DNA of 64,000 nucleotides. Origin: Auanema rhodensis (taxonomy: Eukaryota; Animalia; Nematoda). Position numbers and translations under genes: made by a program. A model generated the notes under the pieces. It was not told the DNA's origin. It saw nothing but the letters and a program-made list of their open reading frames with translations, and ran no database searches. The DNA lies in assembly GCA_964057225.1 (NCBI GenBank), contig OZ059894.1, positions 2,046,001 through 2,110,000 on the forward strand, given 5' to 3'. This document shows, piece by piece, positions 1-10,881 of the stretch; the first letter of the stretch is position 1, and the number at the start of each line of letters is the position of its first letter.

Positions 1-27
1 AATTAATTCTTCAGGGTGAAAATCGAG

Positions 28-49
28 GATATAAGTGTGAACTTATATC
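28..49. repeat. Perfect 9-bp inverted repeat with 4-nt loop, once per monomer
   Basis: GATATAAGT-gtga-ACTTATATC; overlaps a second dyad ATATCA-gt-TGATAT at 45-58. Confidence 0.9.
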
Positions 50-62
50 AGTTGATATCTCG

Positions 63-132
63 GTGCATTTTTAAGCTAGCGCAAATTTGATAACACAGAT
101 CGACGCAGCTTGAAAATCCGCATCGAATGCAC
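63..132. repeat. Nested imperfect inverted repeat, once per monomer
   Basis: GTGCATT(63-69)/AATGCAC(126-132); TTTTTAAGCT(68-77)/AGCTTGAAAA(107-116, one T-G pair); GCG(79-81)/CGC(104-106); consensus ATCTG(85-89)/CAGAT(96-100) around loop ATAACA. Copy 1 carries C87T. Confidence 0.8.
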
Positions 133-199
133 TATACTACATTGAGGAACGCTTAATACAAAAATTAGTTATGATCGTTTGAAAAATGATGCATTAGTG

Positions 200-229
200 T
201 ATGTTGAGTTTCCATGTACACTCAACATA
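200..229. repeat. Perfect 10-bp inverted repeat with 10-nt spacer, once per monomer
   Basis: TATGTTGAGT-ttccatgtac-ACTCAACATA. Confidence 0.9.
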
Positions 230-241
230 GCTTCCAAAAAC

Positions 242-276
242 ATTTTGACAAAAATTTTTTCGAAAAATTTCAAAAT
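242..276. repeat. AT-rich imperfect palindrome centred on TTTTTCGAAAAA, once per monomer
   Basis: Core palindrome 256-267, flanked by AAA/TTT and ATTTTG(242-247)/CAAAAT(271-276). Confidence 0.75.
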
Positions 277-702
277 AATTTAGCAGAAAGTAGATGTTTT
301 TAGATTCCTTTTTTTAAGGCAAAGACGATGGACAATGTTATTCAACGAAAAAATTAATTCTTCAGGGTGAAAATCGAGGATATAAGTGTGAACTTATATC
401 AGTTGATATCTCGGTGCATTTTTAAGCTAGCGCAAATCTGATAACACAGATCGACGCAGCTTGAAAATCCGCATCGAATGCACTATACTACATTGAGGAA
501 CGCTTAATACAAAAATTAGTTATGATCGTTTGAAATATGATGCATTAGTGTATGTTGAGTTTCCATGTACACTCAACATAGCTTCCAAAAACATTTTGAC
601 AAAATTTTTTTCAAAAAATTTCAGAATAATTTAGCAGAAAGTAGATGTTTTTAGATTCCTTTTTTTAAGGCAAAGACGACGGACAATGTTATTCAACGAA
701 AA

Positions 703-1053
703 AATTAATTCTTCAGGGTGAAAATCGAGGATATAAGTGTGAACTTATATCAGTTGATATCTCGGTGCATTTTTAAGCTAGCGCAAATCTGATAACACAG
801 ATCGACGCAGCTTGAAAATCCGCATCGAATGCACTATACTACATTGAGGAACGCTTAATACAAAAATTAGTTATGATCGTTTGAAAAATGATGCATTAGT
901 GTATGTTGAGTTTCCATGTACACTCAACATAGCTTCCAAAAACATTTTGACAAAAATTTTTTCGAAAAATTTCAAAATAATTTAGCAGAAAGTAGATGTT
1001 TTTAGATTCCTTTTTTTAAGGCAAAGACGATGGACAATGTTATTCAACGAAAA
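703..1053 (+). repeat. Representative consensus-type monomer (351 bp)
   Basis: Matches the most common monomer of the left half (e.g. 2809, 5266, 11584, 27028, 31240). Single sites per monomer: EcoRV GATATC (offset 54), NheI GCTAGC (75), NsiI ATGCAT (189), BsrGI TGTACA (215), BstBI TTCGAA (259). Hand count 52 C + 60 G in 351 bp. Confidence 0.95.
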
Positions 1054-4000
1054 AATTAATTCTTCAGGGTGAAAATCGAGAATATAAGTGTGAACTTATA
1101 TCAGTTGATATCTCGGTGCATTTTTAAGCTAGCGCAAATCTGATAACACAGATCGACGCAGCTTGAAAATCCGCATCGAATGCACTATACTACATTGAGG
1201 AACGCTTAATACAAAAATTAGTTATGATCGTTTGAAAAATGATGCATTAGTGTATGTTGAGTTTCCATGTACACTCAACATAGCTTCCAAAAACATTTTG
1301 ACAAAAATTTTTTCGAAAAATTTCAAAATAATTTAGCAGAAAGTAGATGTTTTTAGATTCCTTTTTTTAAGGCAAAGACGATGGACAATGTTATTCAACG
1401 AAAAAATTAATTCTTCAGGGTGAAAATCGAGAATATAAGTGTGAACTTATATCAGTTGATATCTCGGTGCATTTTTAAGCTAGCGCAAATCTGATAACAC
1501 AGATCGACGCAGCTTGAAAATCCGCATCGAATGCACTATACTACATTGAGGAACGCTTAATACAAAAATTAGTTATGATCGTTTGAAAAATGATGCATTA
1601 GTGTATGTTGAGTTTCCATGTACACTCAACATAGCTTCCAAAAACATTTTGACAAAATTTTTTTCGAAAAATTTCAAAATAATTTAGCAGAAAGTAGATG
1701 TTTTTAGATTCCTTTTTTTAAGGCAAAGACGACGGACAATGTTATTCAACGAAAAAATTAATTCTTCAGGGTGAAAATCGAGGATATAAGTGTGAACTTA
1801 TATCAGTTGATATCTCGGTGCATTTTTAAGCTAGCGCAAATCTGATAACACAGATCGACGCAGCTTGAAAATCCGCATCGAATGCACTATACTACTTTGA
1901 GAAACGCTTAATACAAAAATTAGTTATGATCGTTTGAAAAATGATGCATTAGTGTATGTTGAGTTTCCATGTACACTCAACATAGCTTCCAAAAACATTT
2001 TGACAAAAATTTTTTCGAAAAATTTCAAAATAATTTAGCAGAAAGTAGATGTTTTTAGATTCCTTTTTTTAAGGCAAAGACGACGGACAATGTTATTCAA
2101 CGAAAAAATTAATTCTTCAGGGTGAAAATCGAGGATATAAGTGTGAACTTATATCAGTTGATATCTCGGTGCATTTTTAAGCTAGCGCAAATCTGATAAC
2201 ACAGATCGACGCAGCTTGAAAATCCGCATCGAATGCACTATACTACATTGAGGAACGCTTAATACAAAAATTAGTTATGATCGTTTGAAAAATGATGCAT
2301 TAGTGTATGTTGAGTTTCCATGTACACTCAACATAGCTTCCAAAAACATTTTGACAAAATTTTTTTCGAAAAATTTCAAAATAATTTAGCAGAAAGTAGA
2401 TGTTTTTAGATTCCTTTTTTTAAGGCAAAGACGACGGACAATGTTATTCAACGAAAAAATTAATTCTTCAGGGTGAAAATCGAGGATATAAGTGTGAACT
2501 TATATCAGTTGATATCTCGGTGCATTTTTAAGCTAGCGCAAATCTGATAACACAGATCGACGCAGCTTGAAAATCCGCATCGAATGCACTATACTACTTT
2601 GAGAAACGCTTAATACAAAAATTAGTTATGATCGTTTGAAAAATGATGCATTAGTGTATGTTGAGTTTCCATGTACACTCAACATAGCTTCCAAAAACAT
2701 TTTGACAAAAATTTTTTCGAAAAATTTCAAAATAATTTAGCAGAAAGTAGATGTTTTTAGATTCCTTTTTTTAAGGCAAAGACGACGGACAATGTTATTC
2801 AACGAAAAAATTAATTCTTCAGGGTGAAAATCGAGGATATAAGTGTGAACTTATATCAGTTGATATCTCGGTGCATTTTTAAGCTAGCGCAAATCTGATA
2901 ACACAGATCGACGCAGCTTGAAAATCCGCATCGAATGCACTATACTACATTGAGGAACGCTTAATACAAAAATTAGTTATGATCGTTTGAAAAATGATGC
3001 ATTAGTGTATGTTGAGTTTCCATGTACACTCAACATAGCTTCCAAAAACATTTTGACAAAAATTTTTTCGAAAAATTTCAAAATAATTTAGCAGAAAGTA
3101 GATGTTTTTAGATTCCTTTTTTTAAGGCAAAGACGATGGACAATGTTATTCAACGAAAAAATTAATTCTTCAGGGTGAAAATCGAGGATATAAGTGTGAA
3201 CTTATATCAGTTGATATCTCGGTGCATTTTTAAGCTAGCGCAAATCTGATAACACAGATCGACGCAGCTTGAAAATCCGCATCGAATGCACTATACTACA
3301 TTGAGGAACGCTTAATACAAAAATTAGTTATGATCGTTTGAAATATGATGCATTAGTGTATGTTGAGTTTCCATGTACACTCAACATAGCTTCCAAAAAC
3401 ATTTTGACAAAAATTTTTTCGAAAAATTTCAAAATAATTTAGCAGAAAGTAGATGTTTTTAGATTCCTTTTTTTAAGGCAAAGACGATGGACAATGTTAT
3501 TCAACGAAAAAATTAATTCTTCAGGGTGAAAATCGAGGATATAAGTGTGAACTTATATCAGTTGATATCTCGGTGCATTTTTAAGCTAGCGCAAATTTGA
3601 TAACACAGATCGACGCAGCTTGAAAATCCGCATCGAATGCACTATACTACATTGAGGAACGCTTAATACAAAAATTAGTTATGATCGTTTGAAAAATGAT
3701 GCATTAGTGTATGTTGAGTTTCCATGTACACTCAACATAGCTTCCAAAAACATTTTGACAAAAATTTTTTCGAAAAATTTCAAAATAATTTAGCAGAAAG
3801 TAGATGTTTTTAGATTCCTTTTTTTAAGGCAAAGACGATGGACAATGTTATTCAACGAAAAAATTAATTCTTCAGGGTGAAAATCGAGGATATAAGTGTG
3901 AACTTATATCAGTTGATATCTCGGTGCATTTTTAAGCTAGCGCAAATCTGATAACACAGATCGACGCAGCTTGAAAATCCGCATCGAATGCACTATACTA

Positions 4001-7000
4001 CTTTGAGAAACGCTTAATACAAAAATTAGTTATGATCGTTTGAAAAATGATGCATTAGTGTATGTTGAGTTTCCATGTACACTCAACATAGCTTCCAAAA
4101 ACATTTTGACAAAAATTTTTTCGAAAAATTTCAAAATAATTTAGCAGAAAGTAGATGTTTTTAGATTCCTTTTTTTAAGGCAAAGACGATGGACAATGTT
4201 ATTCAACGAAAAAATTAATTCTTCAGGGTGAAAATCGAGAATATAAGTGTGAACTTATATCAGTTGATATCTCGGTGCATTTTTAAGCTAGCGCAAATCT
4301 GATAACACAGATCGACGCAGCTTGAAAATCCGCATCGAATGCACTATACTACATTGAGGAACGCTTAATACAAAAATTAGTTATGATCGTTTGAAAAATG
4401 ATGCATTAGTGTATGTTGAGTTTCCATGTACACTCAACATAGCTTCCAAAAACATTTTGACAAAAATTTTTTCGAAAAATTTCAAAATAATTTAGCAGAA
4501 AGTAGATGTTTTTAGATTCCTTTTTTTAAGGCAAAGACGATGGACAATGTTATTCAACGAAAAAATTAATTCTTCAGGGTGAAAATCGAGGATATAAGTG
4601 TGAACTTATATCAGTTGATATCTCGGTGCATTTTTAAGCTAGCGCAAATCTGATAACACAGATCGACGCAGCTTGAAAATCCGCATCGAATGCACTATAC
4701 TACATTGAGGAACGCTTAATACAAAAATTAGTTATGATCGTTTGAAAAATGATGCATTAGTGTATGTTGAGTTTCCATGTACACTCAACATAGCTTCCAA
4801 AAACATTTTGACAAAATTTTTTTCGAAAAATTTCAAAATAATTTAGCAGAAAGTAGATGTTTTTAGATTCCTTTTTTTAAGGCAAAGACGATGGACAATG
4901 TTATTCAACGAAAAAATTAATTCTTCAGGGTGAAAATCGAGAATATAAGTGTGAACTTATATCAGTTGATATCTCGGTGCATTTTTAAGCTAGCGCAAAT
5001 CTGATAACACAGATCGACGCAGCTTGAAAATCCGCATCGAATGCACTATACTACATTGAAGAACGCTTAATACAAAAATTAGTTATGATCGTTTGAAAAA
5101 TGATGCATTAGTGTATGTTGAGTTTCCATGTACACTCAACATAGCTTCCAAAAACATTTTGACAAAAATTTTTTCGAAAAATTTCAAAATAATTTAGCAG
5201 AAAGTAGATGTTTTTAGATTCCTTTTTTTAAGGCAAAGACGATGGACAATGTTATTCAACGAAAAAATTAATTCTTCAGGGTGAAAATCGAGGATATAAG
5301 TGTGAACTTATATCAGTTGATATCTCGGTGCATTTTTAAGCTAGCGCAAATCTGATAACACAGATCGACGCAGCTTGAAAATCCGCATCGAATGCACTAT
5401 ACTACATTGAGGAACGCTTAATACAAAAATTAGTTATGATCGTTTGAAAAATGATGCATTAGTGTATGTTGAGTTTCCATGTACACTCAACATAGCTTCC
5501 AAAAACATTTTGACAAAAATTTTTTCGAAAAATTTCAAAATAATTTAGCAGAAAGTAGATGTTTTTAGATTCCTTTTTTTAAGGCAAAGACGATGGACAA
5601 TGTTATTCAACGAAAAAATTAATTCTTCAGGGTGAAAATCGAGGATATAAGTGTGAACTTATATCAGTTGATATCTCGGTGCATTTTTAAGCTAGCGCAA
5701 ATCTGATAACACAGATCGACGCAGCTTGAAAATCCGCATCGAATGCACTATACTACTTTGAGAAACGCTTAATACAAAAATTAGTTATGATCGTTTGAAA
5801 AATGATGCATTAGTGTATGTTGAGTTTCCATGTACACTCAACATAGCTTCCAAAAACATTTTGACAAAAATTTTTTCGAAAAATTTCAAAATAATTTAGC
5901 AGAAAGTAGATGTTTTTAGATTCCTTTTTTTAAGGCAAAGACGATGGACAATGTTATTCAACGAAAAAATTAATTCTTCAGGGTGAAAATCGAGAATATA
6001 AGTGTGAACTTATATCAGTTGATATCTCGGTGCATTTTTAAGCTAGCGCAAATCTGATAACACAGATCGACGCAGCTTGAAAATCCGCATCGAATGCACT
6101 ATACTACATTGAGGAACGCTTAATACAAAAATTAGTTATGATCGTTTGAAAAATGATGCATTAGTGTATGTTGAGTTTCCATGTACACTCAACATAGCTT
6201 CCAAAAACATTTTGACAAAAATTTTTTCGAAAAATTTCAAAATAATTTAGCAGAAAGTAGATGTTTTTAGATTCCTTTTTTTAAGGCAAAGACGATGGAC
6301 AATGTTATTCAACGAAAAAATTAATTCTTCAGGGTGAAAATCGAGGATATAAGTGTGAACTTATATCAGTTGATATCTCGGTGCATTTTTAAGCTAGCGC
6401 AAATCTGATAACACAGATCGACGCAGCTTGAAAATCCGCATCGAATGCACTATACTACATTGAGGAACGCTTAATACAAAAATTAGTTATGATCGTTTGA
6501 AAAATGATGCATTAGTGTATGTTGAGTTTCCATGTACACTCAACATAGCTTCCAAAAATATTTTGACAAAAATTTTTTCGAAAAATTTCAAAATAATTTA
6601 GCAGAAAGTAGATGTTTTTAGATTCCTTTTTTTAAGGCAAAGACGATGGACAATGTTATTCAACGAAAAAATTAATTCTTCAGGGTGAAAATCGAGGATA
6701 TAAGTGTGAACTTATATCAGTTGATATCTCGGTGCATTTTTAAGCTAGCGCAAATCTGATAACACAGATCGACGCAGCTTGAAAATCCGCATCGAATGCA
6801 CTATACTACTTTGAGAAACGCTTAATACAAAAATTAGTTATGATCGTTTGAAAAATGATGCATTAGTGTATGTTGAGTTTCCATGTACACTCAACATAGC
6901 TTCCAAAAACATTTTGACAAAAATTTTTTCGAAAAATTTCAAAATAATTTAGCAGAAAGTAGATGTTTTTAGATTCCTTTTTTTAAGGCAAAGACGATGG

Positions 7001-10000
7001 ACAATGTTATTCAACGAAAAAATTAATTCTTCAGGGTGAAAATCGAGGATATAAGTGTGAACTTATATCAGTTGATATCTCGGTGCATTTTTAAGCTAGC
7101 GCAAATCTGATAACACAGATCGACGCAGCTTGAAAATCCGCATCGAATGCACTATACTACATTGAAGAACGCTTAATACAAAAATTAGTTATGATCGTTT
7201 GAAAAATGATGCATTAGTGTATGTTGAGTTTCCATGTACACTCAACATAGCTTCCAAAAACATTTTGACAAAAATTTTTTCGAAAAATTTCAAAATAATT
7301 TAGCAGAAAGTAGATGTTTTTAGATTCCTTTTTTTAAGGCAAAGACGATGGACAATGTTATTCAACGAAAAAATTAATTCTTCAGGGTGAAAATCGAGGA
7401 TATAAGTGTGAACTTATATCAGTTGATATCTCGGTGCATTTTTAAGCTAGCGCAAATCTGATAACACAGATCGACGCAGCTTGAAAATCCGCATCGAATG
7501 CACTATACTACATTGAGGAACGCTTAATACAAAAATTAGTTATGATCGTTTGAAAAATGATGCATTAGTGTATGTTGAGTTTCCATGTACACTCAACATA
7601 GCTTCCAAAAACATTTTGACAAAAATTTTTTCGAAAAATTTCAAAATAATTTAGCAGAAAGTAGATGTTTTTAGATTCCTTTTTTTAAGGCAAAGACGAT
7701 GGACAATGTTATTCAACGAAAAAATTAATTCTTCAGGGTGAAAATCGAGGATATAAGTGTGAACTTATATCAGTTGATATCTCGGTGCATTTTTAAGCTA
7801 GCGCAAATCTGATAACACAGATCGACGCAGCTTGAAAATCCGCATCGAATGCACTATACTACTTTGAGAAACGCTTAATACAAAAATTAGTTATGATCGT
7901 TTGAAAAATGATGCATTAGTGTATGTTGAGTTTCCATGTACACTCAACATAGCTTCCAAAAACATTTTGACAAAATTTTTTTCGAAAAATTTCAAAATAA
8001 TTAGGCAGAAAGTAGATGTTTTTAGATTCCTTTTTTTAAGGCAAAGACGACAGACAATGTTATTCAACGAAAAAATTAATTCTTCAGGGTGAAAATCGAG
8101 GATATAAGTGTGAACTTATATCAGTTGATATCTCGGTGCATTTTTAAGCTAGCGCAAATCTGATAACACAGATCGACGCAGCTTGAAAATCCGCATCGAA
8201 TGCACTATACTACATTGAGGAACGCTTAATACAAAAATTAGTTATGATCGTTTGAAAAATGATGCATTAGTGTATGTTGAGTTTCCATGTACACTCAACA
8301 TAGCTTCCAAAAACATTTTGACAAAAATTTTTTCGAAAAATTTCAAAATAATTTAGCAGAAAGTAGATGTTTTTAGATTCCTTTTTTTAAGGCAAAGACG
8401 ATGGACAATGTTATTCAACGAAAAAATTAATTCTTCAGGGTGAAAATCGAGGATTTAAGTGTGAACTTATATCAGTTGATATCTCGGTGCATTTTTAAGC
8501 TAGCGCAAATCTGATAACACAGATCGACGCAGCTTGAAAATCCGCATCGAATGCACTATACTACATTGAGGAACGCTTAATACAAAAATTAGTTATGATC
8601 GTTTGAAAAATGATGCATTAGTGTATGTTGAGTTTCCATGTACACTCAACATAGCTTCCAAAAACATTTTGACAAAAATTTTTTCGAAAAATTTCAAAAT
8701 AATTTAGCAGAAAGTAGATGTTTTTAGATTCCTTTTTTTAAGGCAAAGACGATGGACAATGTTATTCAACGAAAAAATTAATTCTTCAGGGTGAAAATCG
8801 AGAATATAAGTGTGAACTTATATCAGTTGATATCTCGGTGCATTTTTAAGCTAGCGCAAATCTGATAACACAGATCGACGCAGCTTGAAAATCCGCATCG
8901 AATGCACTATACTACATTGAGGAACGCTTAATACAAAAATTAGTTATGATCGTTTGAAAAATGATGCATTAGTGTATGTTGAGTTTCCATGTACACTCAA
9001 CATAGCTTCCAAAAACATTTTGACAAAAATTTTTTCGAAAAATTTCAAAATAATTTAGCAGAAAGTAGATGTTTTTAGATTCCTTTTTTTAAGGCAAAGA
9101 CGATGGACAATGTTATTCAACGAAAAAATTAATTCTTCAGGGTGAAAATCGAGGATATAAGTGTGAACTTATATCAGTTGATATCTCGGTGCATTTTTAA
9201 GCTAGCGCAAATCTGATAACACAGATCGACGCAGCTTGAAAATCCGCATCGAATGCACTATACTACTTTGAGAAACGCTTAATACAAAAATTAGTTATGA
9301 TCGTTTGAAAAATGATGCATTAGTGTATGTTGAGTTTCCATGTACACTCAACATAGCTTCCAAAAACATTTTGACAAAATTTTTTTCGAAAAATTTCAAA
9401 ATAATTTAGCAGAAAGTAGATGTTTCTAGATTCCTTTTTTTAAGGCAAAGACGACAGACAATGTTATTCAACGAAAAAATTAATTCTTCAGGGTGAAAAT
9501 CGAGGATATAAGTGTGAACTTATATCAGTTGATATCTCGGTGCATTTTTAAGCTAGCGCAAATCTGATAACACAGATCGACGCAGCTTGAAAATCCGCAT
9601 CGAATGCACTATACTACTTTGAGAAACGCTTAATACAAAAATTAGTTATGATCGTTTGAAAAATGATGCATTAGTGTATGTTGAGTTTCCATGTACACTC
9701 AACATAGCTTCCAAAAACATTTTGACAAAATTTTTTTCGAAAAATTTCAAAATAATTTAGCAGAAAGTAGATGTTTTTAGATTCCTTTTTTTAAGGCAAA
9801 GACGATGGACAATGTTATTCAACGAAAAAATTAATTCTTCAGGGTGAAAATCGAGGATATAAGTGTGAACTTATATCAGTTGATATCTCGGTGCATTTTT
9901 AAGCTAGCGCAAATCTGATAACACAGATCGACGCAGCTTGAAAATCCGCATCGAATGCACTATACTACATTGAGGAACGCTTAATACAAAAATTAGTTAT

Positions 10001-10881
10001 GATCGTTTGAAAAATGATGCATTAGTGTATGTTGAGTTTCCATGTACACTCAACATAGCTTCCAAAAACATTTTGACAAAAATTTTTTCGAAAAATTTCA
10101 AAATAATTTAGCAGAAAGTAGATGTTTTTAGATTCCTTTTTTTAAGGCAAAGACGATGGACAATGTTATTCAACGAAAAAATTAATTCTTCAGGGTGAAA
10201 ATCGAGGATATAAGTGTGAACTTATATCAGTTGATATCTCGGTGCATTTTTAAGCTAGCGCAAATCTGATAACACAGATCGACGCAGCTTGAAAATCCGC
10301 ATCGAATGCACTATACTACTTTGAGAAACGCTTAATACAAAAATTAGTTATGATCGTTTGAAAAATGATGCATTAGTGTATGTTGAGTTTCCATGTACAC
10401 TCAACATAGCTTCCAAAAACATTTTGACAAAATTTTTTTCGAAAAATTTCAAAATAATTTAGCAGAAAGTAGATGTTTCTAGATTCCTTTTTTTAAGGCA
10501 AAGACGACAGACAATGTTATTCAACGAAAAAATTAATTCTTCAGGGTGAAAATCGAGGATATAAGTGTGAACTTATATCAGTTGATATCTCGGTGCATTT
10601 TTAAGCTAGCGCAAATCTGATAACACAGATCGACGCAGCTTGAAAATCCGCATCGAATGCACTATACTACATTGAGGAACGCTTAATACAAAAATTAGTT
10701 ATGATCGTTTGAAAAATGATGCATTAGTGTATGTTGAGTTTCCATGTACACTCAACATAGCTTCCAAAAACATTTTGACAAAAATTTTTTCGAAAAATTT
10801 CAAAATAATTTAGCAGAAAGTAGATGTTTTTAGATTCCTTTTTTTAAGGCAAAGACGATGGACAATGTTATTCAACGAAAA

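Noticed and set aside
8-116. Hammerhead ribozyme, as found in some newt, schistosome and cricket satellites
   Set aside because: The minus strand has CTGAAGA (8-14) but it is followed by GAAT rather than GAAA and has no stem II. The plus-strand CTGATAA (87-93)...GAAA (112-115) lacks the conserved G8 and pairable stems II and III. An Infernal search would settle it.
243-280. Bacterial sigma70-like promoter (TTGACA at 245-250 with downstream AT-rich hexamers) or intrinsic terminators
   Set aside because: Such matches are expected by chance in AT-rich DNA, and there are no genes or other prokaryotic context.
334-350. CENP-B box-like motif on the minus strand (TTTCGTTGAATAACATT)
   Set aside because: It matches YTTCGTTG and the central A but lacks the essential CGGG, so only 5 of 9 core positions are present.
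1-351. Tandem 5S rRNA, tRNA, snRNA or spliced-leader gene unit
   Set aside because: I could not identify a 5S or tRNA sequence, Pol III A/B/C boxes or a convincing SL exon with donor and Sm site. No Rfam search was run.
1-351. Monomer as a diverged dimer of about 175-bp halves
   Set aside because: No convincing alignment between the halves by eye beyond short GAAAA and GCAT words.
7901-8092. 63-aa ORF from the ORF track
   Set aside because: TTG start, lies wholly in satellite sequence, has no recognisable domain, and is open only because this copy lost the TAG present in other monomers.
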